Shown: positions 30,337 through 40,470, numbered from the stretch's first letter. The stretch: 64,000 nt of DNA from a virus (IMGVR_UViG_3300047372_000605:28959-92958); one strand, 5' to 3'. Numbers and translations are program-made. Notes: generated by a model from the letters alone, not told the origin.

Positions 30337-30798
30337 ATGGAATCAGATAAATTACAAATTTGTCCCAGATGCGGATCCGACGCTTGTTATGTTACTGAGG
30401 TAAATCAAGATATAAATAATTATTATTGTTATGGTTGTGGTTTTCAATCTAATACTTTATTAAGAGAAGGAGAATTATTATTTGATGAACAAATGGAAAC
30501 TTTACCAGAATTGTATAAAGATCTTAAATTTGAAGATAAAAATGGTCAAATGTGGTTTCCTACAACTGTAAATTTAACTGAGCAAGGAATGGTATTTGCA
30601 AATGGCTCTTCAACCGAAAACTGGAAATGGGGAGCAGTTTTAGCAATTGAAGTAACAGAAGAAGAAAAACATAAATACCCTATCCCCGGAAAAGAAAATG
30701 AGTTTTATAAATGGAGAATGGATATGAGTACATTAAAACAGTTTGAAGAACGTGATTTTATGGAAGCTCTTTCGTATATTGGAGTATTACCAAGTTAA
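30337..30798 (+). CDS. Zn-ribbon hypothetical protein
   Basis: CPRC...CYGC. Confidence 0.6.
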   Translation: MESDKLQICPRCGSDACYVTEVNQDINNYYCYGCGFQSNTLLREGELLFDEQMETLPELYKDLKFEDKNGQMWFPTTVNLTEQGMVFANGSSTENWKWGAVLAIEVTEEEKHKYPIPGKENEFYKWRMDMSTLKQFEERDFMEALSYIGVLPS

Positions 30799-30801
30799 GA
30801 T

Positions 30802-31425
30802 ATGAAAATAAGTTATGCAATTCCAGTTTGTAATGAATTTGTAGAAATTCAACGTTTATTAGGTTTTTTAATGCAAAATAAACGTAAACAAGATGAAATT
30901 ATAGTATTATATGATACTAATAATGGTACAATTGAAGTAGAAAAAATTTTAAATCATTACTTGCAATTAAACCAATATTCTTTATATAAATCACCTTTTA
31001 ATAAACATTTTGCAGAGTGGAAAAATCAATTATCTTCTTATTGTACTGGGGATTATATTTTTCAAATAGATGCAGATGAAATGATTACAGAAGTTTTAAT
31101 TGGTAATTTACCTACTATACTAGAAAATAATCCCAATAATGAAGTTTATTTAGTCCCCAGAGTAAATACAGTATCTGGTTTAACTCAAGAACATATTACA
31201 AAATGGGGATGGAATGTAGATAAAGAAGATAGGGTAAATTGGCCTGATTATCAATGGCGTATTTGGAAAAATAAACCTGAAATAAAATGGGTAAATAAGG
31301 TACATGAAAAATTAGAAGGATTTAACACTTATGCTCCACTTCCTCAAAATCCTGAATTAGCTCTACAGCATCACAAGACAATAGAAAGACAAGAAAAACA
31401 AAATAATTATTATGACACATTATGA
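30802..31425 (+). CDS. GT2 glycosyltransferase
   Basis: ISYAIPVCNE, QIDADE, KVHE. Confidence 0.85.
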   Translation: MKISYAIPVCNEFVEIQRLLGFLMQNKRKQDEIIVLYDTNNGTIEVEKILNHYLQLNQYSLYKSPFNKHFAEWKNQLSSYCTGDYIFQIDADEMITEVLIGNLPTILENNPNNEVYLVPRVNTVSGLTQEHITKWGWNVDKEDRVNWPDYQWRIWKNKPEIKWVNKVHEKLEGFNTYAPLPQNPELALQHHKTIERQEKQNNYYDTL

Positions 31426-31715
31426 AAATTTATGTAGATATTGATGAGACAATATGTTTTTATGATGGAGAACGTGAATACCCCAACGCTATACCTAGTA
31501 AAGAAAATATAGCTAAAATAAATAAGTTATATGATGAAGGTCATGAAATAACTTATTGGACAGCAAGAGGAACTGTTACGGGCATTAATTGGTTTAATTT
31601 AACAAAAGAACAACTTACAAAATGGGGATGTAAATGGCATAGTTTAGTTGTTGGTGTAAAACCTGCTTATGATTTACTGATATGTGATAAAACTAAAAGA
31701 ATAGAAGAAATATGA
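31422..31715 (+). CDS. Minimal HAD phosphatase
   Basis: DIDET, WTARG, KP.YD...CDK. Confidence 0.8.
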   Translation: MKIYVDIDETICFYDGEREYPNAIPSKENIAKINKLYDEGHEITYWTARGTVTGINWFNLTKEQLTKWGCKWHSLVVGVKPAYDLLICDKTKRIEEI

Positions 31716-32413
31716 AAAATGAAATATTAGATAATTTAAATAAAGTAGGAATATGTGTAATTGAAGATTATTTCAATTCGGATTGGTGTGATAAAGCAGT
31801 ATTAGACTTAGAGGATTCTTTAATAACTTATAAAGATAAGATACAATCTGAAGCTAAAGAGGAAACATCTGGGGATTTTAGAATATTTAAGATGGAAAAT
31901 CAATATGATACTGCTAAAACATTTGCTAATGATAATTTTTTATTAGATATTGGTAGTGAATATTTTGGTTATAAAATAGTTAGTCATTTTGTATTAGGAG
32001 GAAAAGTTCAATATAATCCAAATCAAATAACTAATAGTGGAGGAGGATGGCATAGAGATAATAGAGGTAAACAGATAAAAACAATTGTATATCTTACAGA
32101 TGTAGAAGAAACATCGGGTCCTTTTTCATTTTTACCTTTATCTAATCAGTTCGATCTACAAACTAGAGATGGTATTGGAAAAGCAACAAGATATGATGAT
32201 GATATAGTTAATGAATTTTGTAAAAAAAATAATATAGAACCTTTTAAGGTAATAGGAAAGAAAGGAACTATAATTTTTGTAGATACATCTTACATACACA
32301 GAGGTTTAAATATCCAATCAGGTTCTAGATATACTTACACTAATTATTATTTTGAGGATCATCCCCAACGATTCCAACTAACAGAAGATAAATGGGGTAA
32401 AATGTTCATATAA
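31712..32413 (+). CDS. PhyH-like 2OG-Fe(II) dioxygenase
   Basis: WHRD...YLTDV...GP...IHRG...R. Confidence 0.82.
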   Translation: MKNEILDNLNKVGICVIEDYFNSDWCDKAVLDLEDSLITYKDKIQSEAKEETSGDFRIFKMENQYDTAKTFANDNFLLDIGSEYFGYKIVSHFVLGGKVQYNPNQITNSGGGWHRDNRGKQIKTIVYLTDVEETSGPFSFLPLSNQFDLQTRDGIGKATRYDDDIVNEFCKKNNIEPFKVIGKKGTIIFVDTSYIHRGLNIQSGSRYTYTNYYFEDHPQRFQLTEDKWGKMFI

Positions 32414-33474
32414 TGGCTCATATTTTTAAATATCCTAAAGATAATAGTAAAGGTATTATAGTTTTTACTCATAAGGAATGGCCTTGGTTGCTACAAAATG
32501 CTTTATCAACCCTCCAGGATTTAAAACAAATGTTTTACTTAGGTTGGAACCAAGGAACATATTTTGGAGAAATTCAAATGCCTAATATTGTTGATTTTTC
32601 ATTCTCATCTCCTTCTACTCTTACTTATAAAGATAATGGAAATACTTTATATATTCCTTTATGTGGGAGAAATTTTTTAACTAGTGATTTTAAGAATTTA
32701 GATATTAAAGAAAAAAATTTTGATATAATATCAACTAGTAGAGCAGTTAAAATTAAACAACTCCCCCCATTATTACATTCTATTAAAAAGTTAAACAATA
32801 GAGGAATATATCCTAAAACTTTATTTATAATTCCCACAGCCGAAAATGAAACCCCAGAATATGCTGATATTAATATTGTAAAAACTTTTAATGAATTATT
32901 TACTGTTGAAGAGAAAAAACATATAACTATGATGAGGCTCTCTCCAGAATTAGGTTTTTTAGGAATTAATCAACAAACTTTAAATTGGTTTTATAATAAT
33001 AGTAAAATACTTTACATAGGATCTAAAAGTGAAGGAAATTGTAGAGTAGTTCATGAAGCTCTTATGGGTGGATGTAATATTGTTTATTATAAAAACCATA
33101 AGGGAGCTTTAGTGGATTATTTAGATAAAACTAATAGTACATCATATGATACCCATGAAAATATTGATATCGCATTAGAAAAGGCTTTAAAAAGTTATAC
33201 TTACTCAAAAATAAAAACAGATTCTTATGAAGACATTTTAAGTGAGAGAACTTCATTGAAAAAATTAATCCCCTATTTTGAAAAATTATATGAGTTAAAT
33301 AATTCAAAATTTGATGGAGAATTAATAAATTATGATAATTTATCCAATAGATTCCCAGCTCATTATTTAGATGTTCCTTGGAATAGCAAAGATCCTAAAG
33401 TCCCAACGGCTGATATTAAAACTCTAGATCAGTTAACTATTTTCATAAATTATATAAATGGAAATTGGAATTAG
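32413..33474 (+). CDS. GT-B (GT4-like) glycosyltransferase
   Basis: SRAVKIK, EGNCRVVHEA (E-x7-E). Confidence 0.6.
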   Translation: MAHIFKYPKDNSKGIIVFTHKEWPWLLQNALSTLQDLKQMFYLGWNQGTYFGEIQMPNIVDFSFSSPSTLTYKDNGNTLYIPLCGRNFLTSDFKNLDIKEKNFDIISTSRAVKIKQLPPLLHSIKKLNNRGIYPKTLFIIPTAENETPEYADINIVKTFNELFTVEEKKHITMMRLSPELGFLGINQQTLNWFYNNSKILYIGSKSEGNCRVVHEALMGGCNIVYYKNHKGALVDYLDKTNSTSYDTHENIDIALEKALKSYTYSKIKTDSYEDILSERTSLKKLIPYFEKLYELNNSKFDGELINYDNLSNRFPAHYLDVPWNSKDPKVPTADIKTLDQLTIFINYINGNWN

Positions 33475-33495
33475 TAAAAATTTATCGTATATTTG
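33464..33495 (+). promoter_or_regulatory. Promoter with full Bacteroidota -7 box upstream of neuB
   Basis: TTG-N20-TATATTTG (TAnnTTTG). Confidence 0.75.
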
Positions 33496-33535
33496 AAAAG
33501 CAATAGTTTAGTATAAACAAATAAAAAATAAAAAT

Positions 33536-34999
33536 ATGTTATATATATTTGAAATGGCAAATAATCATATGGGTAGTGTTTCCCATGCCAAAACTATCAT
33601 TGATGAATTTGCAAATTTATCAAAAAAATGGAAAATAACAGCAGGAATTAAATTACAATTTAGAAATCTAGATACTTTTATTCATCCTGATTTTCAACAG
33701 CGTAATGATTTAAAATATGTTAAAAGATTTAATGAAACTAGATTATCTAAATCAGAATTTAAAGAAATAGTTGATTATATTAAATCTACGGGATTATTAG
33801 CCATTACAACTCCTTTCGATAATGAATCAATCCCTATGACTTCAGAATTAAATATTGATGTATTAAAAGTAGCAAGTTGTTCTGTGGATGATTGGCCCTT
33901 ATTAGAAGAATTATCAAATATAAATAAAAAAATAATTATATCAACTGCAGGGGTTGAGTTAAATACTTTACGTAAGGTTTATAGAATATTTAAACAAAAA
34001 AGAAGAGATTTTGCATTTATGCATTGTGTTGGTGAATACCCAACAGCTAACGAAGTTGCAAATTTAAATAGAATTAAAGAATTAAAAAATGAATTTCCTG
34101 ATATAGAAATAGGATTTTCAACACATGAATCTCCTTTAGAAAAATCAATGACTCCTTATGCTGTAGCTATGGGATGTACAATAGTTGAAAAACATGTTGG
34201 GGTGCCTACAGATGAATGGTCTTTAAACGCTTATTCATTAACCAGTAATCAAATGGATAAGGTATTGTTTGAAATTGATGAATTATTAAGAGCATCAATA
34301 GGTAAATCTAATGAGCAAATTAAATCATTAAAATCTTTAAAACGTGGAGTTTATGTAAAAAATGATCTAAAAAAAGGCCATAAAATTAGTAAAAATGATA
34401 TATATTTTGCAATGCCAGTTCAAGATGGTATGCTAGATGCTTCTAACTATTATGATATTTTAAATTCTCATATTAAAACAGATAAAGTAAAAAATGAAGG
34501 GTTATATTTAAGTAATGTTGTAAATTTAGATCGAAAAGAAATAATAGAAAAAATAAAATCCCAAGTTAAAAAACAACTATCAGAAGCTAATGTTACAATT
34601 ACGGATAAGGATGATATAGAAATTTCATCTCATTATGGGTTAGAATCATTTTTTGAAACAGGTTGTGTTATTATTTCAAAAATCAACCGTAAATATTGTA
34701 AAAAAATATTAGTAGTTTTACCAAATCAATCTCATCCTACCCATAGACATATGATAAAAGAAGAATCATTTGAATTATTATCTGGAGATTGTAAATTAGT
34801 TTTAAATGGAAGGGATATAGATCTTAAATTAGGGGAACCAAAGCTTATTAATACAAAAGTTGATCATTCTTTTAGTAGTAAAAAAGGATGTGTAGTAGAA
34901 GAAGTGTCAACAACTCATATTCCTGGGGATTCTATATATCAAAATCCTGAGATAAATAAATTATCTTTAAGTGAACGTAAAATTAAAATATCTTTATAA
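33536..34999 (+). CDS. neuB: NeuB-family nonulosonate synthase with SAF and C-terminal cupin domains
   Basis: EMANNHMG, KLQ, TPFD, KVAS, HCVGEYP, GFSTHE, VEKH; C-terminal HPTHRH..KEE. Confidence 0.9.
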   Translation: MLYIFEMANNHMGSVSHAKTIIDEFANLSKKWKITAGIKLQFRNLDTFIHPDFQQRNDLKYVKRFNETRLSKSEFKEIVDYIKSTGLLAITTPFDNESIPMTSELNIDVLKVASCSVDDWPLLEELSNINKKIIISTAGVELNTLRKVYRIFKQKRRDFAFMHCVGEYPTANEVANLNRIKELKNEFPDIEIGFSTHESPLEKSMTPYAVAMGCTIVEKHVGVPTDEWSLNAYSLTSNQMDKVLFEIDELLRASIGKSNEQIKSLKSLKRGVYVKNDLKKGHKISKNDIYFAMPVQDGMLDASNYYDILNSHIKTDKVKNEGLYLSNVVNLDRKEIIEKIKSQVKKQLSEANVTITDKDDIEISSHYGLESFFETGCVIISKINRKYCKKILVVLPNQSHPTHRHMIKEESFELLSGDCKLVLNGRDIDLKLGEPKLINTKVDHSFSSKKGCVVEEVSTTHIPGDSIYQNPEINKLSLSERKIKISL

Positions 35000-35003
35000 A
35001 AAT

Positions 35004-35621
35004 ATGGGTACTCATTTCATAATACCTGCTCGAAAAAATTCAAAGGGATTTACTTATAAAAATAGATTTTTATTTGAAAATTTACCTTTAGAACTAAAAG
35101 ATAAAAATACTATAATTACTTCTGATGATGAAGTTATTAAAAAAATGAATCAACAACTATATAATTTTAATTTTTTAAAACGCCCTTCCCATTTATCAGA
35201 AGATACAACCAGCATAAAACCTGTATTAGAGCATGTAGTATCTGAATATAATCTTCCTCCAGAAGATGATTTAGTTGTATTATATTTAACTTACCCTGAA
35301 CGCACTTATGATGATATTGAAAGGATACTTACTTTTTACCATCATTGGAAAGGGGAGTCATTGTTATGTAAAGAACCTTTAAAACAACATCCTTATTTAT
35401 GTTTTTATGATAAAGGAATTTATGGTAAACGTATTGTTGATCATAATATGTACCGTCGTCAAGATTATCCAAAATGTTTTTTTGGATCCCATTATGTAGC
35501 AATTGTCAAAGTAAAATTTTTATCTTCAGTTGATTTAAATCTTTATAGTAAAAAAACTTTATTTTATGATTTGCAAGAGCATAAAATTGATGTTGATAAT
35601 AAAAGTGATTTACCCCTATAA
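35004..35621 (+). CDS. neuA: CMP-nonulosonate synthetase (NeuA-like)
   Basis: IIPARKNSKG..YKN, KRP..LSED, TYP.R, RRQD, IDVD. Confidence 0.85.
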   Translation: MGTHFIIPARKNSKGFTYKNRFLFENLPLELKDKNTIITSDDEVIKKMNQQLYNFNFLKRPSHLSEDTTSIKPVLEHVVSEYNLPPEDDLVVLYLTYPERTYDDIERILTFYHHWKGESLLCKEPLKQHPYLCFYDKGIYGKRIVDHNMYRRQDYPKCFFGSHYVAIVKVKFLSSVDLNLYSKKTLFYDLQEHKIDVDNKSDLPL

Positions 35622-35637
35622 AATCTAATTAAATGTA

Positions 35638-36288
35638 ATGATAGTAAATATAAACGATACTAATTTTAACTTATTTTTAAATTCCAATACATCTTTTTTT
35701 AATAATTTAAATGATAAATCAGTAGCGGTAGTTGGAAATAGTGGTATTTTATTAGATAATGAATATGGGTCTAAAATAGATAAACACGATATTACCATTA
35801 GGTTTAATGCTGCTCGAGTTAAAGGATATGAAAAAAATGTGGGTTCTAAAACTGACATAAGACTTATGAATGGTCATATATTTAATGGAAGTTCTAACCC
35901 TAAAAGATTTAAAAAAAATGATCCAAATTTTACTTCAAATTTAAATAATGAAACTTTAATAGTTAAATCATGGAATCAACAAGAATTTGTAGAAGGAATA
36001 CTAAAAACCACTCCCCAAAATAAAGTTTATTTTCTTAATCCTCCTTTTACTCAATATTGTAATTCTTTAACTGGTCAAGAAGCTACTTGTGGTGTGGTAG
36101 GGGTATTGTTTTTAAGTTTATTTACTTCTAAAATTTCTTGTTTTGGGTTTAATTTTTATAAAGATGGTTGGTCTAAAAATCATTATTGGGAAGAGATGGA
36201 AGAATATAAACAAGGACATTCATTTAATGTTGAGGAACAATTATTTGATCAATTAGAACAAGAAGGAAAAATAAAAATATTTAAATGA
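35638..36288 (+). CDS. GT29 sialyltransferase
   Basis: Sialylmotif L (AVVGNSGIL...GSKIDKHD..IRFN...GSKT), S (TCG...CFGF), III (HYWE), VS (HSFNVE). Confidence 0.88.
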   Translation: MIVNINDTNFNLFLNSNTSFFNNLNDKSVAVVGNSGILLDNEYGSKIDKHDITIRFNAARVKGYEKNVGSKTDIRLMNGHIFNGSSNPKRFKKNDPNFTSNLNNETLIVKSWNQQEFVEGILKTTPQNKVYFLNPPFTQYCNSLTGQEATCGVVGVLFLSLFTSKISCFGFNFYKDGWSKNHYWEEMEEYKQGHSFNVEEQLFDQLEQEGKIKIFK

Positions 36289-38309
36289 ATTATACGATTG
36301 AAAAGTTTGACTTAGAAAATTATAAATTTAATTTTGCTCAATGGTCTCATCCCTATTGTTCTCCTAAAAAATTTACCCAAGAACAAATAAATACTCAAAC
36401 TACATATTTAAATAAGGGAGATATTGTAATTGACATTGGAGCTTTTTCTGGAGATACTCCTGTCTTATATGCTAATGCTGTTGGAAAAAAAGGTAAAATT
36501 ATTTCATTTGAAGCTAATCCACATGCTTATGAGATTTTAGAAGTTAATTCAAAACTAAATAATCATTTAAATATAATCCCTATAAATAAAGCAATCACTG
36601 AAAAACCAGGAAAATATACATTTCATTACTCAGATAAAGGATTTTGTAATGGAGGTTTTGCTGAAGAAATTGATATGGGAGTTGGAGCTACAGGTCATGT
36701 GGTACCTTTAGAGGTAGAAGGGGTAAATCTAACAAATTGGTTAGAAAATAATTTAGATAAACAAGAATGGGATAAAATAAGCTTTATTAAAATTGATACT
36801 GAAGGCTATGATTATAAAATTTTAAGATCAAATAAAAAGCTATTTAAACAAATTAGACCCATTTTAGAAGTTGAATTATATCCTGCTTTATCATTAAGAG
36901 AAGTAAAAGAATTTTATAAAATATTAAAGGAAATAGGATATGAAGTATTTCAACAAAATAAAGGAAGAGATTGCTCTTTAAATTCTTTAACTACTAGTTT
37001 GGATGAACGAGGATTTATTCGTACATTTAAAAATATAAAAAGTGGGCAAGATATAGTAGCATATCCTAAAGAAAAAGTACCTAAAGAAAAATTAAAACAA
37101 CCTATGAAAATTAGTTTAATACAACCAAGTAGAAATAACTTAAAATACCTTAAATGGTCTTACAATTCAATTCGTAAAAATCAAGGTGATCATGAAGTAG
37201 AAATTTGTGTTGCTGATGATTTTAGTAATAAAGATAATACTTGGGAGTGGTGTCAAGAAATGATGGAAAAAGATCCATTATTCAAGGCAATTAGAAATGA
37301 AGGCCCAACACGTTTAGGCCATACTATATTATATGATACTCTGGTAAATGACGTGGCTACCAGCGATGTCTGTATGATTTACCATGCTGATATGTACTTA
37401 TGTCCTGGTGCTTTAGATGCGATTGAAAAACATTTAAAAGAAAAAACAATAGTATCACTTACTAGAATTGAACCACCATTACATCCAGATGGGCCAGAAA
37501 AAGTATTAAGAGATTATGGTATAGAACCTGAGGAGTTTAAGGAAGATTTGTTACTAAATAATTTAGGTAGTTCTGATTTTACAGGGCCTGGTCTTAATAC
37601 AACAACAGAAGGTATATTTGCACCTTGGGCATTCTGGAAGAAAGATTTTCAAGAGATAGGAGGACATGATCCTATATTTGCACCTCAATCAAAAGAAGAC
37701 ACAGATATATTTAATCGCTTTCATTTAAACGGAATTAAGTTTATCCAAACATGGGAAGGATTTGTTTATCATATGACTTGTAGAGGTAGTAGATTTGCAG
37801 ATGGAGCCCAAAGAAATCCAAATGGTGAAGTGTTCATGAAAAACCGAGAAACAGATGAATGGTTAAAACAAAATCAAAAATCCACTAGAGAATTTTTACG
37901 TAAATGGGGCCATTTTTGCAAACATGATGCTTTAATGAAACCAATTGTCCCTCCCAAATATGATATTGGTATAATATTAACAAATACAAAAATAGAACAA
38001 TTAGAATTACTAGAACCATGGTGTTCAAACATTTATACAGATGGAGATTATGTGGCTTACCAACAACAAGAATCTTTAAAAACCTCATTTGATTTAAATG
38101 ATAGAGTTAGAATTTTAGAATCTGGAAAAATTAATAATATACTAGTTAATATTGATGGAAATACTTTTACCCAATCTGATTTCCAAATATTACAACAACT
38201 TTCAGAAATAATTCAAGATAGTGGAGAAGTTGGAGAATTTGAATTAGGTAATTTAAAAATTAAAATTAATGATTTAAAAACTTATGAAAATACTTTAATT
38301 AAAGTATGA
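36285..38309 (+). CDS. FkbM-family methyltransferase fused to GT2 glycosyltransferase
   Basis: IDIGA, FEANP, IKIDTEGYD; from ATG 37104 MKISLIQPSRNN, ADD, HADM, IGGHD, EDTD. Confidence 0.85.
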   Translation: MNYTIEKFDLENYKFNFAQWSHPYCSPKKFTQEQINTQTTYLNKGDIVIDIGAFSGDTPVLYANAVGKKGKIISFEANPHAYEILEVNSKLNNHLNIIPINKAITEKPGKYTFHYSDKGFCNGGFAEEIDMGVGATGHVVPLEVEGVNLTNWLENNLDKQEWDKISFIKIDTEGYDYKILRSNKKLFKQIRPILEVELYPALSLREVKEFYKILKEIGYEVFQQNKGRDCSLNSLTTSLDERGFIRTFKNIKSGQDIVAYPKEKVPKEKLKQPMKISLIQPSRNNLKYLKWSYNSIRKNQGDHEVEICVADDFSNKDNTWEWCQEMMEKDPLFKAIRNEGPTRLGHTILYDTLVNDVATSDVCMIYHADMYLCPGALDAIEKHLKEKTIVSLTRIEPPLHPDGPEKVLRDYGIEPEEFKEDLLLNNLGSSDFTGPGLNTTTEGIFAPWAFWKKDFQEIGGHDPIFAPQSKEDTDIFNRFHLNGIKFIQTWEGFVYHMTCRGSRFADGAQRNPNGEVFMKNRETDEWLKQNQKSTREFLRKWGHFCKHDALMKPIVPPKYDIGIILTNTKIEQLELLEPWCSNIYTDGDYVAYQQQESLKTSFDLNDRVRILESGKINNILVNIDGNTFTQSDFQILQQLSEIIQDSGEVGEFELGNLKIKINDLKTYENTLIKV

Positions 38310-38701
38310 AAGATAAAAAATCAAAAAAATCTATTACTATTGGGGGTTTAAAACTTCAAATAGAACAAAATCCTAAAAAGATAGAAAATAAACATAAGAA
38401 ATTTTTTATTCATCTTTTAAATAGATTAGTTTCAATTCAAGAACGTACTGATAAGATATTTACCCAATATGGTTTAAATCTTATAATGTATGAGGATCTA
38501 TATTTTCAAGTAATAGAAGATATGGTATATGAGCATTATGATATAGAAGTAGGCGAAGTTATATTTTGGTATGTTAATGGGGTTAAAATTGAAGATGAAG
38601 ATCAATATATAGAAGATAAAAAAACAGGGAAAAAATATAAAGCAAAAACACCCTTACAAGTATATAATGTTTGTAAAAAATTAAAGTTATTTAAAGATTA
38701 A
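38306..38701 (+). CDS. Hypothetical protein
   Basis: 131-aa ORF. Confidence 0.55.
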   Translation: MKDKKSKKSITIGGLKLQIEQNPKKIENKHKKFFIHLLNRLVSIQERTDKIFTQYGLNLIMYEDLYFQVIEDMVYEHYDIEVGEVIFWYVNGVKIEDEDQYIEDKKTGKKYKAKTPLQVYNVCKKLKLFKD

Positions 38702-38704
38702 TAT

Positions 38705-39016
38705 ATGTATCAAACAAAAACAATGGAAAAATTAGAAATGATGGAATGTCCTCAATGTGATGGACCTATGCCTGTAAAACGAAGAGAATTAGGTTATCAT
38801 GTTTGTGTTAATTGTTCTACAGTTTCAGCTAAAAGAGGTATACCTGTAATGAGAGGAACAGGTGACCATACTTGGGTTGATTTAGAAGTAATGACACAAG
38901 AACAATTTGAGAGATATGAAGAGATGGAAAACAAAACCAAAACTGAAATAACTCCAAATAAAACTGAAGGTAGAAATCTACAAGGCCCATTTACAATAGT
39001 AGAAACCGATAATTAA
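38705..39016 (+). CDS. DksA/TraR-type C4 zinc-finger protein
   Basis: CPQCDGPMPVKRRELG...CVNC. Confidence 0.6.
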   Translation: MYQTKTMEKLEMMECPQCDGPMPVKRRELGYHVCVNCSTVSAKRGIPVMRGTGDHTWVDLEVMTQEQFERYEEMENKTKTEITPNKTEGRNLQGPFTIVETDN

Positions 39017-39663
39017 TGCCTGCGGCAAAAAGTTTTACAAAAGAACAAATTTTGAATGCTATGGATAAAACTCAATCCGTAGCTGGTGCTGCTCGTTACT
39101 TAAATTGTTCTTACCAACATCTTAAAAAATACATGAAATTGTATAAAGATGAAGAATCTGGTAAAACCTTATTTGAAATACACCTAAATCCTTCAGGAAA
39201 GGGTATACCTAAATTTTTAACTAATGGAAAAAAAGATCCTGCTTTATTAGATATAATAGAAGGTAGATTAAATCCATCTTCATTTTCACCTGATAAATTA
39301 AAATATAGATTAACAACTGAGGGTTATTTAGAAGAATGTTGTGGTAATTGTGGGTTTCAAGAGCATAGAGTAACAGATCATAAGGTACCTTTAATATTAC
39401 ATTTTAAAGATAAAAATAAATTAAATTATAACTTAGATAATATTGAATTTTTATGTTATAATTGTTATTTTTTATTTATAGGAGAAGTATTTACTGAAAG
39501 AGACATACAAAAATTAGAAGATAATAAATCAGTCACTAAAACTACTAATGCTGTAGATATGCAACTAGATGACTATCATTTACAAAGATTGCGGGAGCTA
39601 GGTCTAGATGGTGAAAATCCCACAGACGAAGATGATCCTTATAATTTAGTTTCATATAGATAA
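39016..39663 (+). CDS. HTH + degenerate HNH-like protein
   Basis: SVAGAARYLNCSY HTH; CGNCG...LHFKD...N...LCYNCY. Confidence 0.6.
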   Translation: MPAAKSFTKEQILNAMDKTQSVAGAARYLNCSYQHLKKYMKLYKDEESGKTLFEIHLNPSGKGIPKFLTNGKKDPALLDIIEGRLNPSSFSPDKLKYRLTTEGYLEECCGNCGFQEHRVTDHKVPLILHFKDKNKLNYNLDNIEFLCYNCYFLFIGEVFTERDIQKLEDNKSVTKTTNAVDMQLDDYHLQRLRELGLDGENPTDEDDPYNLVSYR

Positions 39664-39693
39664 TTTGCCAATGGTATCTTGCCTTCATATATT
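39664..39693 (+). promoter_or_regulatory. TTG-N20-TATATT promoter
   Basis: TTTGC...TTCATATATT. Confidence 0.6.
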
Positions 39694-39701
39694 TATGGGC
39701 G

Positions 39702-39878
39702 ATGAAAAAAATCAAACCTCTTCTTAAAAAAAAGAAACATGACAAAATTGTAAAAGATTTTGACAAGCAAAAAGCTAAGCATGTAGAAAAATTAGCTACA
39801 CAAATGCTCAAAAAAGATGAGCAGTTTCAAAAACTTAAGGAGAAAAAGATAAATACTAACTTTTTAAAATTGTTTTAA
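39702..39878 (+). CDS. 58-aa basic protein (not in ORF track)
   Basis: MKKIKPLLKKKKHDK...FLKLF*. Confidence 0.55.
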   Translation: MKKIKPLLKKKKHDKIVKDFDKQKAKHVEKLATQMLKKDEQFQKLKEKKINTNFLKLF

Positions 39879-39879
39879 C

Positions 39880-40224
39880 ATGGCAACAGAATTTGAAGTA
39901 CAAAATGCGGAAGAATTTGAGAAATTAATCCGATCAAGAGATTTTAGAGTATACGAAGCACTAGTTAGTACAGTATTAAAAAATCTTACTAGTAAAAAAC
40001 GCCATCACCATGCTTTAAGTGTAATAAGCACAGATGAAGATGCTGTATATGATATTACAATTGATAAGCAAGATTTTCATCACACATTAGAAGAAAGTCT
40101 AATAGCATACGAAGAACAAGAAAAATATGAGAAATGTGCTGAAATTAAAAAAGCAATGGACTTTTTAGATAAAAAAAAAGCTGAAAAAAAATTAACTTCT
40201 ATCATGGATTCCTTGGCTACCTAA
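39880..40224 (+). CDS. Hypothetical protein with UVR-like motif
   Basis: YEEQEKYEKCAEIK. Confidence 0.55.
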   Translation: MATEFEVQNAEEFEKLIRSRDFRVYEALVSTVLKNLTSKKRHHHALSVISTDEDAVYDITIDKQDFHHTLEESLIAYEEQEKYEKCAEIKKAMDFLDKKKAEKKLTSIMDSLAT

Positions 40225-40241
40225 AGAAGGATTCGTATATT
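40212..40241 (+). promoter_or_regulatory. TTG-N20-TATATT promoter
   Basis: CTTGGCTACCTAAAGAAGGATTCGTATATT. Confidence 0.8.
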
Positions 40242-40269
40242 TACGGCATAAATTAAAAAAATAAAGGTT

Positions 40270-40437
40270 ATGCAAGTATTAAGATTTTTCAAAGATGAGT
40301 TAACAGGAGATGAATGTGCAATTGCTTGGAATGGTACAGAAGAAGTTTGTATTACAGAAGCTCAAGCATATGATATATTAGCTAAAGAACAGGCACAACA
40401 CGATGCTTATGAATTAAGATGTGAGAGAGGGTGGTAA
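40270..40437 (+). CDS. 55-aa hypothetical protein (not in ORF track)
   Basis: TAAAGGTT-ATG start; MQVLRFFKDELTG...RGW*. Confidence 0.65.
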   Translation: MQVLRFFKDELTGDECAIAWNGTEEVCITEAQAYDILAKEQAQHDAYELRCERGW

Positions 40438-40440
40438 ATA

Positions 40441-40470
40441 TTTGGCTACCCGAAGAAGGGTTTGTATATT
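40441..40470 (+). promoter_or_regulatory. TTG-N20-TATATT promoter
   Basis: TTTGGCTACCCGAAGAAGGGTTTGTATATT. Confidence 0.8.
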
